Origin: Eledone cirrhosa | Taxonomy: Eukaryota | Direction: 5' to 3' | DNA length: 64,000 nucleotides | Assembly (NCBI GenBank): GCA_964016885.1 | Contig: CAXHJY010000184.1 | Location: 620,001-684,000 of the forward strand | In this document: positions 1 to 14,050 of the stretch, in pieces | Layout of the letters: the number at the start of each line of letters is the position of its first letter | How positions within the stretch are numbered: the stretch's first letter is position 1 | Translations under genes and position numbers: made by a program | The notes under the pieces: generated by a model | Databases searched by the model: none | Seen by the model: only the letters and a program-made list of their open reading frames with translations | Told to the model about the DNA's origin: nothing

Positions 1-3000
1 TACTTCACTATATGGTAATTTATTACAGAACACATACTCCTACCATTTACATCACATGGACATTAATGTGACAAATTTGCTACTTGCATTTCTTTTTTTT
101 TTTTGTGGTTACCACCTCAAACTAACATCAAAGGTGCTTGCAAATGACTATTTTCCCACACATTATCAATGAATATGACATGGGAATCTATCGTTTACAA
201 TTGGTTTCTATTTCATAAGTTCACCAAACCAAACCACACCATACCAAGTTACACCATACTACATCACACCAAGCTATTGATCTTGGTGTGAAAAATTTTC
301 TTTCCATTTCCTTTTTTTTTTGTGTGTGTGCTTACCACCCAATCTGACATTAAAGGTGCTCCGAATTGACTATTTTTTTTTCCACTTATCAATAAATATG
401 ACATGGAAACCTGTCGAAAATGACTATCTTTGTAGAAACTTCACCAAATCACACCAAGATATTGATTTTGGTGTGACAAATTTTCATCTGGCATTTTTTT
501 TTTTTTTTTTGCTTACCACCCAATTTGACATAAAAGGTGCTCGCAAATTACTATTTTATGAACATATTATCAATGGTTATGACATGGAAACCTGATGAAA
601 ATGACTAGTTTTGTAGAAAAAAGAGGGAGGATGTTGGTGGAAATACCATTTAAAAAGCTAGTCATTTTTTATTGCAGTGGAAGTCATATTTTTTGTTAAT
701 ATGCTAAAAGCATAGTCCACTGCGAGCTTCTTGGAAGTTGATAACGCATGCAAAAATGAATGAAAAATTTTTTTTTCTAACATGAATCAAAGTGGAAATT
801 TAAATCCTCACTTATAACAAAGCACACCACAGCACATTAATCTAGCTCAATCCTCACCATAACCATACTTCACTATATGGTAATTTATTACAGAACACAT
901 ACTCCTACCATTTACATCACTTGGACATTAACGTGACAAATTTGCTACTTGCTTTTTTTTTCTTTTTGTGGTTACCACCTCAAACTAACATCAAAGGTGC
1001 TTGCAAATGACTATTTTCCCACACATTATCAATGAATATGACATGGGAATCTATCGTTTACAATTGGTTTCCATTTCATAACTTCACCAAACCAAACCAC
1101 ACCCAAGTTACACCATACTACATCGCACCAAGCTATTGATCTTGGTGTGAAAAATTTTTTTCCTGTTTCCTTTTTTTTTTTTGTGTGTGTGCTTACCACC
1201 CAATCTGACATTAAAGGTGCTCCCAATTGACTATTTTTTTTTCCACTTATCAATAATTATGACATGGAAACCTGTAGAAACTTCACCAAACCACACCATA
1301 CTACATCACACCAAGATATTGATTTTGCTGTGACAAATTTTCATCTGGCATTTTTTTTTTTTTTTTTTTGCTTACCACCCAATTTGACATAAAAGTTGCT
1401 CGCAAATTACTATTTTATGAACATATTATCAATGGTTATGACATGGAAACCTGATGAAAATGACTAGCTTTGTAGAAAAAAGAGGGAGGATGTGTGTGGA
1501 AATACCATTTACAAAGCTAGTCATTTTTTATTGCAGTGGAAGTCATATTTTTTGTTAATATGCTAAAAGCATAGTCCACTGCGAGCTTCTTGGAAGTTGA
1601 TAACGCATGCAAAAATGAATGAAAAATTTTTTTTTCTAACATAAATCAAAGTGGAAATTTAAATCCTCACTTGTAACAAAGCACACCACAGCACATTAAT
1701 CTACCTCAATCCACACCATAACCATACTTCACTATATGGTAATTTATTACAGAACACATACTCCTACCATTTACATCACATGGACATTAATGTGACAAAT
1801 TTGCTACTTGCATTTCTTTTTTTTTTTTGTGGTTACCACCTCAAACTAACATCAAAGGTGCTTGCAAATGACTATTTTCCCACACATTATCAATGAATAT
1901 GACATGGGAATCTATCGTTTACAATTGGTTTCTATTTCATAAGTTCACCAAACCAAACCACACCATACCAAGTTACACCATACTACATCACACCAAGCTA
2001 TTGATCTTGGTGTGAAAAATTTTCTTTCCATTTCCTTTTTTTTTTGTGTGTGTGCTTACCACCCAATCTGACATTAAAGGTGCTCCGAATTGACTATTTT
2101 TTTTTCCACTTATCAATAAATATGACATGGAAACCTGTCGAAAATGACTATCTTTGTAGAAACTTCACCAAATCACACCAAGATATTGATTTTGGTGTGA
2201 CAAATTTTCATCTGGCATTTTTTTTTTTTTTTGCTTACCACCCAATTTGACATAAAAGGTGCTCGCAAATTACTATTTTATGAACATATTATCAATGGTT
2301 ATGACATGGAAACCTGATGAAAATGACTAGTTTTGTAGAAAAAAGAGGGAGGATGTTGGTGGAAATACCATTTAAAAAGCTAGTCATTTTTTATTGCAGT
2401 GGAAGTCATATTTTTTGTTAATATGCTAAAAGCATAGTCCACTGCGAGCTTCTTGGAAGTTGATAACGCATGCAAAAATGAATGAAAAATTTTTTTTTCT
2501 AACATAAATCAAAGTGGAAATTTAAATCCTCACTTATAACAAAGCACACCACAGCACATTAATCTACCTCAATCCACACCATAACCATACTTCACTATAT
2601 GGTAATTTATTACAGAAGACATACTCCTACCATTTACTTCACTTGGACATTAACGTGACAAATTTGCTACTTGCGTTTTTTTTCTTTTTGTGGTTACCAC
2701 CTCAAACTAACATCAAAGGTGCTTGCAAATGACTATTTTCCCACACATTATCAATGAATATGACATGGGAATCTATCGTTTACAATTGGTTTCCATTTCA
2801 TAACTTCACCAAACCAAACCACACCATACCAAGTTACACCATACTACATCGCACCAAGCTATTGATCTTGGTGTGAAAAATTTTTTTCCTGTTTCCTTTT
2901 TTTTTTTTGTGTGTGTGCTTACCACCCAATCTGACATTAAAGGTGCTCCCAATTGACTATTTTTTTTTCCACTTATCAATAATTATGACATGGAAACCTG

Positions 3001-6000
3001 TAGAAACTTCACCAAACCACACCATACTACATCACACCAAGATATTGATTTTGCTGTGACAAATTTTCATCTGGCATTTTTTTTTTTTTTTTTTTGCTTA
3101 CCACCCAATTTGACATAAAAGTTGCTCGCAAATTACTATTTTATGAACATATTATCAATGGTTATGACATGGAAACCTGATGAAAATGACTAGCTTTGTA
3201 GAAAAAAGAGGGAGGATGTGGGTGGAAATACCATTTACAAAGCTAGTCATTTTTTATTGCAGTGGAAGTCATATTTTTTGTTAATATGCTAAAAGCATAG
3301 TCCACTGCGAGCTTCTTGGAAGTTGATAACGCATGCAAAAATGAATGAAAAATTTTTTTTTCTAACATAAATCAAAGTGGAAATTTAAATCCTCACTTGT
3401 AACAAAGCACACCACAGCACATTAATCTACCTCAATCCACACCATAACCATACTTCACTATATGGTAATTTATTACAGAACACATACTCCTACCATTTAC
3501 ATCACATGGACATTAATGTGACAAATTTGCTACTTGCATTTCTTTTTTTTTTTTGTGGTTACCACCTCAAACTAACATCAAAGGTGCTTGCAAATGACTA
3601 TTTTCCCACACATTATCAATGAATATGACATGGGAATCTATCGTTTACAATTGGTTTCTATTTCATAAGTTCACCAAACCAAACCACACCATACCAAGTT
3701 ACACCATACTACATCACACCAAGCTATTGATCTTGGTGTGAAAAATTTTCTTTCCATTTCCTTTTTTTTTTGTGTGTGTGCTTACCACCCAATCTGACAT
3801 TAAAGGTGCTCCGAATTGACTATTTTTTTTTCCACTTATCAATAAATATGACATGGAAACCTGTCGAAAATGACTATCTTTGTAGAAACTTCACCAAATC
3901 ACACCAAGATATTGATTTTGGTGTGACAAATTTTCATCTGGCATTTTTTTTTTTTTTTTTGCTTACCACCCAATTTGACATAAAAGGTGCTCGCAAATTA
4001 CTATTTTATGAACATATTATCAATGGTTATGACATGGAAACCTGATGAAAATGACTAGTTTTGTAGAAAAAAGAGGGAGGATGTTGGTGGAAATACCATT
4101 TAAAAAGCTAGTCATTTTTTATTGCAGTGGAAGTCATATTTTTTGTTAATATGCTAAAAGCATAGTCCACTGCGAGCTTCTTGGAAGTTGATAACGCATG
4201 CAAAAATGAATGAAAAATTTTTTTTTCTAACATAAATCAAAGTGGAAATTTAAATCCTCACTTATAACAAAGCACACCACAGCACATTAATCTACCTCAA
4301 TCCTCACCATAACCATACTTCACTATATGGTAATTTATTACAGAACACATACTCCTACCATTTACATCACTTGGACATTAACGTGACAAATTTGCTACTT
4401 GCGTTTTTTTTCTTTTTGTGGTTACCACCTCAAACTAACATCAAAGGTGCTTGCAAATGACTATTTTCCCACACATTATCAATGAATATGACATGGGAAT
4501 CTATCGTTTACAATTGGTTTCCATTTCATAACTTCACCAAACCAAACCACACCATACCAAGTTACACCATACTACATCGCACCAAGCTATTGATCTTGGT
4601 GTGAAAAATTTTTTTCCTGTTTCCTTTTTTTTTTTTGTGTGTGTGCTTACCACCCAATCTGACATTAAAGGTGCTCCCAATTGACTATTTTTTTTTCCAC
4701 TTATCAATAATTATGACATGGAAACCTGTAGAAACTTCACCAAACCACACCATACTACATCACACCAAGATATTGATTTTGCTGTGACAAATTTTCATCT
4801 GGCATTTTTTTTTTTTTTTTTTTGCTTACCACCCAATTTGACATAAAAGTTGCTCGCAAATTACTATTTTATGAACATATTATCAATGGTTATGACATGG
4901 AAACCTGATGAAAATGACTAGCTTTGTAGAAAAAAGAGGGAGGATGTGGGTGGAAATACCATTTACAAAGCTAGTCATTTTTTATTGCAGTGGAAGTCAT
5001 ATTTTTTGTTAATATGCTAAAAGCATAGTCCACTGCGAGCTTCTTGGAAGTTGATAACGCATGCAAAAATGAATGAAAAATTTTTTTTTCTAACATAAAT
5101 CAAAGTGGAAATTTAAATCCTCACTTGTAACAAAGCACACCACAGCACATTAATCTACCTCAATCCACACCATAACCATACTTCACTATATGGTAATTTA
5201 TTACAGAACACATACTCCTACCATTTACATCACATGGACATTAATGTGACAAATTTGCTACTTGCATTTCTTTTTTTTTTTTGTGGTTACCACCTCAAAC
5301 TAACATCAAAGGTGCTTGCAAATGACTATTTTCCCACACATTATCAATGAATATGACATGGGAATCTATCGTTTACAATTGGTTTCTATTTCATAAGTTC
5401 ACCAAACCAAACCACACCATACCAAGTTACACCATACTACATCACACCAAGCTATTGATCTTGGTGTGAAAAATTTTCTTTCCATTTCCTTTTTTTTTTG
5501 TGTGTGTGCTTACCACCCAATCTGACATTAAAGGTGCTCCGAACTGACTATTTTTTTTTCCACTTATCAATAAATATGACATGGAAACCTGTCGAAAATG
5601 ACTATCTTTGTAGAAACTTCACCAAATCACACCAAGATATTGATTTTGGTGTGACAAATTTTCATCTGGCATTTTTTTTTTTTTTTTTGCTTACCACCCA
5701 ATTTGACATAAAAGGTGCTCGCAAATTACTATTTTATGAACATATTATCAATGGTTATGACATGGAAACCTGATGAAAATGACTAGTTTTGTAGAAAAAA
5801 GAGGGAGGATGTTGGTGGAAATACCATTTAAAAAGCTAGTCATTTTTTATTGCAGTGGAAGTCATATTTTTTGTTAATATGCTAAAAGCATAGTCCACTG
5901 CGAGCTTCTTGGAAGTTGATAACGCATGCAAAAATGAATGAAAAATTTTTTTTTCTAACATAAATCAAAGTGGAAATTTAAATCCTCACTTATAACAAAG

Positions 6001-8700
6001 CACACCACAGCACATTAATCTACCTCAATCCTCACCATAACCATACTTCACTATATGGTAATTTATTACAGAACACATACTCCTACCATTTACATCACTT
6101 GGACATTAACGTGACAAATTTGCTACTTGCTTTTTTTTTCTTTTTGTGGTTACCACCTCAAACTAACATCAAAGGTGCTTGCAAATGACTATTTTCCCAC
6201 ACATTATCAATGAATATGACATGGGAATCTATCGTTTACAATTGGTTTCCATTTCATAACTTCACCAAACCAAACCACACCCAAGTTACACCATACTACA
6301 TCGCACCAAGCTATTGATCTTGGTGTGAAAAATTTTTTTCCTGTTTCCTTTTTTTTTTTTGTGTGTGTGCTTACCACCCAATCTGACATTAAAGGTGCTC
6401 CCAATTGACTATTTTTTTTTCCACTTATCAATAATTATGACATGGAAACCTGTAGAAACTTCACCAAACCACACCATACTACATCACACCAAGATATTGA
6501 TTTTGCTGTGACAAATTTTCACCTGGCATTTTTTTTTTTTTTTTTTTGCTTACCACCCAATTTGACATAAAAGTTGCTCGCAAATTACTATTTTATGAAC
6601 ATATTATCAATGGTTATGACATGGAAACCTGATGAAAATGACTAGTTTTGTAGAAAAAAGAGGGAGGATGTGGGTGGAAATACCATTTACAAAGCTAGTC
6701 ATTTTTTATTGCAGTGGAAGTCATATTTTTTGTTAATATGCTAAAAGCATAGTCCACTGCGAGCTTCTTGGAAGTTGATAACGCATGCAAAAATGAATGA
6801 AAAATTTTTTTTTCTAACATAAATCAAAGTGGAAATTTAAATCCTCACTTGTAACAAAGCACACCACAGCACATTAATCTACCTCAATGAACAGCATAAC
6901 CATACTTCACTATATGGTAATTTATTACAGAACACATACTCCTACCATTTACATCACATGGACATTAATGTGACAAATTTGCTACTTGCATTTCTTTTTT
7001 TTTTTTGTGGTTACCACCTCAAACTAACATCAAAGGTGCTTGCAAATGACTATTTTCCCACACATTATCAATGAATATGACATGGGAATCTATCGTTTAC
7101 AATTGGTTTCTATTTCATAAGTTCACCAAACCAAACCACACCATACCAAGTTACACCATACTACATCACACCAAGCTATTGATCTTGGTGTGAAAAATTT
7201 TCTTTCCATTTCCTTTTTTTTTTGTGTGTGTGCTTACCACCCAATCTGACATTAAAGGTGCTCCGAATTGACTATTTTTTTTTCCACTTATCAATAAATA
7301 TGACATGGAAACCTGTCGAAAATGACTATCTTTGTAGAAACTTCACCAAATCACACCAAGATATTGATTTTGGTGTGACAAATTTTCATCTGGCATTTTT
7401 TTTTTTTTTTTTGCTTACCACCCAATTTGACATAAAAGGTGCTCGCAAATTACTATTTTATGAACATATTATCAATGGTTATGACATGGAAACCTGATGA
7501 AAATGACTAGTTTTGTAGAAAAAAGAGGGAGGATGTTGGTGGAAATACCATTTAAAAAGCTAGTCATTTTTTATTGCAGTGGAAGTCATATTTTTTGTTA
7601 ATATGCTAAAAGCATAGTCCACTGCGAGCTTCTTGGAAGTTGATAACGCAGGCAAAAATGAATGAAAAATTTTTTTTTCTAACATAAATCAAAGTGGAAA
7701 TTTAAATCCTCACTTATAACAAAGCACACCACAGCACATTAATCTACCTCAATCCACACCATAACCATACTTCACTATATGGTAATTTATTACAGAAGAC
7801 ATACTCCTACCATTTACATCACTTGGACATTAACGTGACAAATTTGCTACTTGCGTTTTTTTTCTTTTTGTGGTTACCACCTCAAACTAACATCAAAGGT
7901 GCTTGCAAATGACTATTTTCCCACACATTATCAATGAATATGACATGGGAATCTATCGTTTACAATTGGTTTCCATTTCATAACTTCACCAAACCAAACC
8001 ACACCATACCAAGTTACACCATACTACATCGCACCAAGCTATTGATCTAGGTGTGAAAAATTTTCTTCCCATTGCCTTTTTTTTTTGTGTGTGTGCTTAC
8101 CACCCAATCTGACATTAAAGGTGCTCCGAATTGACTATTTTTTTTTCCACTTATCAATAAATATGACATGGAAACCTGTCGAAAATGACTATCTTTGTAG
8201 AAACTTCACCAAACCACACCATACTACATCACACCAAGATATTGAGTTTGGTGTGACAAATTTTCACCTGGCAATTTTTTTTTTTGTGTTTTCCACCCAA
8301 TTTGACATAAAAGGTGCTCGCAAATTACTATTTTATGCACATATTATCAATGGTTATGACATTGAAACCTGATGAAAATGACTAGCTTTGTAAAAAAAGG
8401 AGGGAGGATGTGGGTGGAAATACCATTTACAAAGCTAGTCATTTTTTATTGCAGCGGAAGTCATATTTTTTGTTAATATGCTAAAAGCATAGTCCACTGC
8501 GAGCTTCTTGGAAGTTGATAACACATGCAAAAATGAATGAAACATTTTTTTTCTAACATAAATCAAAGTGGAAATTTAAATCCTCACTTATAACAAAGCA
8601 CACCACAGCACATTAATCTACCTCAATCCACACCATAACCATACTTCACTATATGGTAATTTATTACAGAACACCTACTCCTACCATTTACATCACACCA
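1..8700. repeat. Tandem satellite, ~863-bp monomer, ~10 copies, alternating A/B variants (~1726-bp dimer); diverged tail to ~8900
   Basis: TACTTCACTATATGGTAATT recurs at 1, 866, 1725, 2588, 3451, 4316, 5178, 6044, 6903, 7768, 8642; identical spurious ORFs recur every ~1725 bp. Confidence 0.97.
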
Positions 8701-9051
8701 ATGCTCACAGTTGACTATTTTTTTCACATATTATGAATGAATATAACTTTGAAACCTATCGTCAATGATTAGCTTTGTAGAAAAATGAAGGCAGAAAGTG
8801 GGTGGAAAAACCATTCACAAAGCTAGTCATTTTTAATTGCAGTGGAAATCATATTTGTTGTTAATATGCTAAAATAATAGTCAATTGCAAGCATTTTGGA
8901 GGTCGGATTAGTCGATAGGACATAAAAAAAACAAAGGAAAACAAAAATTGTCTATATGTTCCTGTGGAAAGTCGGGTTTTCTGTGTGACGCCAGAGGTCA
9001 TGGTCGTGTGTCATTGCCCTTGAGAGGTGCAATTAGGAAAGCTCGGCTTAT

Positions 9052-9628
9052 AAATATTTACTTCTGCATTCACAGATTGATTTTTTTTTTAGTTTCAGAA
9101 GATCCCATTAAGGGTGAAAGCAGCCAATTCTTTGCTTAAACTTTAATCTGTTATTTTAATAAATATTTGCTCTACGGTTCTTATATATTTGATATATATT
9201 TATCCTTATCGAGCCCTCTTTGGATGTTAGCCTTCAAATTTATTATTATTACTATTTGGCTCCCTTGATTGAGTACTCTATTGACTTATATTCATAATGC
9301 AGAAACATCTGAATATTTCTACAAAGAACATACCCGTACCAAGCAAGAAGAAATACCTAAAACTACGTCTCCACGAACCAAAGTATCGCCTTCCTGTCTT
9401 CTTTCGGTTGCAACGTTTTTCGAAATATTTACTTCTGCATTCATAGATTGATTTTTTTTTCTTTTTTAGTTTCAGAAGATCCCATTAAGGGTGAAAGCAG
9501 CCGATTCTTTGCTTAAACTTTAATCTGTTATTTTAATAAATATTTGCTCTACGGTTCTTATATATTTGATATATATTTATCCCTATCGAGCCCTCTTTGG
9601 ATTTTAGTCTTCATATGTATTATTATTA
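9052..9628 (+). mobile_element. Direct ~200-bp duplication (9052-9251, 9423-9628), probable Penelope-like pLTR remnant with a degenerate hammerhead motif
   Basis: Two near-identical copies, each with AGTTT-CAGAAGA-TCCC..GGGT-GAA-AGCA..TGCT-T-AAACT followed by AATAAA; family call is inference. Confidence 0.5.
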
Positions 9629-9644
9629 CTGTGTGTGTACATAT

Positions 9645-9987
9645 TGAGAGCATTGGCTTTGCAATCGAAAGGTTGTGAGTTCAATTCTCACACCGGGTGA
9701 TGTGTTGTTTCCTTGAGCAAGACACTTTATTTCACATTGCTCCAGTTTACTCAGCTGTAGAAATGAGATGATAGGACTGGCAGTCGTGGAGGTGCCACGG
9801 CAAAAAAGCACCCAGCCCACACTGTAAAGTGGATGTGGAGTTGCCACGGGGAAAAAAGCACCCAGCACTCACTGTAAATGAGGTTGGTGTTAGGAACAGC
9901 ATCCAGCTGTAGAAATCAAGCCAGAATCAGTTCCCATCCCACCCTTGCAAGCAGGGAAAAAGTGGACGTAAAATGAAATGATGATGA
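9645..9987 (+). mobile_element. SINE family A (tRNA-like head + CORE-like domain + RTE-LINE 3' tail)
   Basis: GAGTTCAATTC B-box-like motif, CCTTGAGCAAGACACTT core-like motif, then GTTGGTGTTAGGAA..CATCCAGC tail shared with the LINE 3' end at ~44070 and a (GAT)n end. Confidence 0.75.
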
Positions 9988-9988
9988 A

Positions 9989-10310
9989 TGCTCCCAGCTG
10001 TGGTCACCCCATAGTATCAAACTAACCACGGAACTTGAGAAAATCCAACGAAGCTACACCAAGAGGATTGCACAATGAAGGAGATGAGCTACTGGGAGAG
10101 GCTAAAAGAACTGAAACTCTACCCTTCGGAATGAAGACGGGAGAGATATGCAATGATATACATATGGAAAATCCTGCCGGGACTAAGACCAAACTTTCGC
10201 ATTGAGGGCTGGACCAATTCTCGAACAGGACGTCACTGTGTGGTACCAAAGGTCCCGTCTTCCACATCTAGAATCAGGAGCAGCCTGGGATTCAAGGGCC
10301 CTCAACTTGG
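9989..10310 (+). mobile_element. CR1-group LINE 3' ORF fragment
   Basis: Translates as QLWSPHSIKLTTELEKIQRSYTKRI..SYWERLKELKL..RRERYAMIYIWKIL, a typical CR1-type post-RT segment, with stops. Confidence 0.75.
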
Positions 10311-10380
10311 TTTTCAAAATTTTAATTTGTGTTTCCTATTCATCAATGCTTCAAGCAAGCTATAAAACTCTATTATATTT

Positions 10381-10905
10381 CATCATCATCATCATCATTT
10401 ATGTCAGTTCTTCTACGCTAGCATGGGTTGTCCTGTTGTGGGCAGTGTCCGGTCGGCTGACCTTGTCTTGATTTCTACAGCTGGATGCCCTTCCTAACAC
10501 CAACTTAATTTACAGTGAGTGCTGGCTGTTTTTTTTTTGCCGTGGAATGATAGGGACCCCAGTCCTATCATCTCATTTCTACAGCTGAGTAAACTGGAGC
10601 AATGTGAAATAAAGTGTCTTGCTCAAGGAAACAACACATCACTCAGTCCGAGAATTAAACTCACAACCTTTCAATTGCAAGCCCAATGCTCTAACCACTG
10701 AGCCATGTGCGGTCAGGTGACCATGTCTTGCTCATAAAGAACTGATTTTGGCTTGGTTTCTACAGCTGGATGCCCTTCCTAATGCCAAGTTCATTTACAG
10801 TGAGTACTGGGTTTTTTTTGTTGTGATTCCTCCACGACTACTTTACAGTGTGGACTGGGTGTTTTTTACCGTGTCACCATCACGACCACTTTACAGTGTT
10901 TCGGC
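10381..10905 (-). mobile_element. SINE family A copy plus a further tail fragment, inverted relative to 9645-9987
   Basis: (CAT)n start, TTTCTACAGCTGGATGCCCTTCCTAA twice, reverse core AAGTGTCTTGCTCAAGG at ~10612. Confidence 0.7.
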
Positions 10906-11094
10906 CTGTTCTCATGAAAGATATATTGGCGGGTGGGATGGAGTGGTGCATACTGTATGTATGTTTCAGCCTTGGCCTGTGGGAAGTTGGGGTTTCTGTA
11001 TTACCTCATAACGCCAGAGATCTTGGTCCTGTGTCATTGCCTTTCAGAGATGCAATTGGGCAAGGTCGGCTTTTATCACTTCATCTCAAGTCTT

Positions 11095-11640
11095 TCTGGG
11101 ACTTTATGTAGCTGTCATCCTTCATACGAATCACATGTCCATACCAACATAATTTCCTCTCCTGCACACAACATTTGATTCCTCTTATGCCTAGTTTCTC
11201 TTACAGTTTGTTTATGGTTTGCTGTTCGCGTATATTACTATTACACATCCATCGGAGCATACAAGCTTCATTCCTTTCTAATCTACGCAAGTCTTCTACA
11301 CACAGCACCCAGCTCTCACTACCATGCAACATTGCCGTTCATGTGCACACATCATACAGTCTACCTTTTATTCTGAGGGAAAAGCCTTTTGTATCCAGCT
11401 GTGGCAGTAGCTCCCTCAACTTCTTCCATCCCATCCTTTCAGAACACCCCCCCTCCGCTGCTAATTCGGTATTGTTTTTACCAAGTCCTCCCAGACTTTG
11501 ATGTCACTTGTCCAACTGCTACATGTAAAGCCTACATTCTTAACTAAACTTCCTGAGATCCCACTACATCTCTTGTGTACCTATAGTTTGCATATGGGGC
11601 GGAGGATGGAGTTTCTACCTACACCTCTCCTACATACACA
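11095..11640 (-). mobile_element. RTE-clade LINE 3' fragment
   Basis: Reverse complement matches 43060-43650 (GVGRNSI..HKRCSG, AMLHGSE.W, LERNEA.ML.WMC). Confidence 0.8.
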
Positions 11641-11680
11641 TACACACATATATATACACACACTCACATATATATATATA

Positions 11681-12660
11681 CTAGCCGAATTACCAGCGCC
11701 TTGCTGCGTTTCACTCATTTTTTTTGTAAGAAAATGATGATTGATTTTAAATCAGTGATATAATTTATGGAGAAAAACTCAATATTACTCAATGTAAAAT
11801 ATAATTGTTTCTACTTTAGGCACAAGGCCAGCAATTACCCAGTGCATTACTGGTACTTTGCCTTTCATCCTTACGGGGTCGATAAAATAAAGTCAACCTC
11901 GGGATTTGAACTCAGATCGTAAAGGGACGTAACTATGCTGTAAAATATAATGCATGAAAAATTGGAAAACATCATTTTTTTGTAATATATCAAATCAAAA
12001 TTACATTATTAAATCTTATTCTTATTTTGTTTCTTGTAAATAATTTTTTTCAAAATATCAATTGAAACTTTTGTGAATAGGCATCATATCTTGTCATTTA
12101 CCTATGGTTTAAGTTTCATATAAAATGAAAGGGAGAAGTTTTCAGCGGGGGTTTGTACCCCCGGGAAACCCTAATAGAGTCTTATAGTATTAAGGTGTCT
12201 TATAGTATTGAAATTTTGTGAATAGGCATCATATCTCTTCATTTATCTATGGTTTAAATTGCATATAAATCGAACCGAAAAAACTTTCAGCGGGGATTTT
12301 GTGCCCTCTGGTGAACCCTAATAGAGGGTTTAACTCAGATTTAGGGTATTGTAATTTTATTGAAATTTGCTGAAATGATGTGAATAGGCATCATATCTTG
12401 TCATTTACCTATGGTTTAAATTTCATATAAATCGAAGGCAAAGTATCAGCGGCGGTTTTGTGCCCCCGATGAACCCTTTGATTAAAATGAAATATACTTA
12501 TACAAGTACCCTGGGCAATGTAGTTTCAGAATATATATGGTTATGGGGGTCTATCTCCAAAACCAGAGGATAAGTTCGTAAAATCTTGTTCCATTTATTG
12601 GCCAAACTTTTCACTATAGGGAGTTTAACTCCCATTAGGGTGTATTAATATTATTGAAAT
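11681..12660 (-). mobile_element. Possible non-autonomous Helitron-like element with three internal ~150-170-bp repeats and a nested SINE (11803-11945)
   Basis: CTAG terminus next to GC-rich dyad-like CCAGCGCCTTGCTGCG; GTGAATAGGCATCATATC..CTATGGTTTAA repeated at ~12073, 12218, 12380. Confidence 0.4.
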
Positions 12661-12662
12661 TT

Positions 12663-12713
<51 letters not shown>

Positions 12714-13039
12714 CACACACACAAATATATATACACAAACACACACACACATATATATATATACACAAACACACACATATATATATGTATACACACACAT
12801 TTATATCTTTAGCAGAGCATTTTAATATTGCCACTCAATGAAAACCTTTTGTTTGGAATAAATGAATCTTGAAAATTAGGAGTGCCTGTCAGTGTGTATG
12901 TGTTTGACTACTTAGCATCAATTTACTACCCTCCCCTACCACCAGAAAATACCACCATATTACATTGACAGTCAGCTTTTCTGATGATTTCCTCCGAATG
13001 AAACAGTTCTAGTCCTGTTGAAGCCATTTCTATATTAAA

Positions 13040-13618
13040 TATATATATATACTCTTGTAGCTGTTCCAGCCATCCGGCTGAGACCATGATTGGGCACTGC
13101 CCTTGTTGCTACACATTCTATCTCCAGCCTGTGTTGGCTGGCCATTAATGTAAGAGGGAGTTTGTTGCTGCTGCCCTTAGGTTACCTTCGTACCGGGATC
13201 CTGGATAACAGGGTGTCAAGAAGTTTCTTGAAAATATCCACGACCACACCATGTAGATCTCTCAAATCCCTCGGCAGTTTGTTGAAGAGTTGAGGGCCTT
13301 TGAACCCCAGTCTATTGCAATATCTGCTTCTTGTTCTAGATGTGGAAGACGGGACCTTTGTCACCACACAGTGACGTCCTGTTCGGGGGTTGGTCCCGCT
13401 CTCAATACCAAAGTTTGGCGCTAGTCCCTCCAGGATTTTCCATATGTATATCCCTGCGTATCTCTCCCGTCTTCGTTCCAAGGAGTAGAGTTTCAGTTCT
13501 TTTAGCCTCTCCTAGTAGCTCATCTCCTTCATTGTGCAATCCTCTTGGTGTAGCTTCGTTGGATTTTCTCAAGTTCCGTGGTTAGTTTGATACTATGGGG
13601 TGACCACAGCTGGGAGCA
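13040..13618 (-). mobile_element. CR1-group LINE 3' fragment (same family as 9989-10310)
   Basis: ORF 13182-13481: RRERYAGIYIWKIL..LGFKGPQLFNKLPRDLRDL..DIFKKLLD. Confidence 0.8.
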
Positions 13619-13924
13619 ATAGTCCAGGCGGCTTAGGACAAATGGCCTTCATAGTATCAACATGGTCTCCCGGTCTCTTATATAGAAAACCTCAAATAAA
13701 AAGTCAAGATTTGTTTCGATTTAACAGAGCAGAAAGAATTTGCGTCAGAATATTCCAACCAATCCAGCCTATATCAGCTGAATAAATATGTATATGGAGA
13801 TATATATATACACACCCACATGCACATATATATATATATATATATATACACTCAAACACACACATACATACACGCATGCATGCATACATGATGGCTGCCC
13901 ATTGCACGATATACCATTATTAAT

Positions 13925-14050
13925 AATTGTTTCTACGTTAGGCACAAGGCCAGCAATTACCCAGTGCATTACTGGTACTTTATTTTATCGACCCCGTAAT
14001 GATGAAAGGCAAAGTTAACCTTGGCGGGATTTGAACTCAGAATGGCAAGG
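13925..14050 (-). mobile_element. SINE family B (tRNA-derived, Meta-domain-like)
   Basis: ACTGGTACTTTATTTTATCGACCCC..GATGAAAGGCAAAGTTAACC..GGATTTGAACTC, shared with about 10 other copies in the window. Confidence 0.75.

Noticed and set aside
592-625. CTGATGA..GAAA in the 863-bp monomer as a hammerhead
   Set aside because: GAAA does not follow helix II directly and no helix I or III can be formed
320-8372. Repeated 68-95 aa ORFs in the first satellite
   Set aside because: Non-ATG starts, length changes with poly-T slippage, no domain; by-products of the repeat
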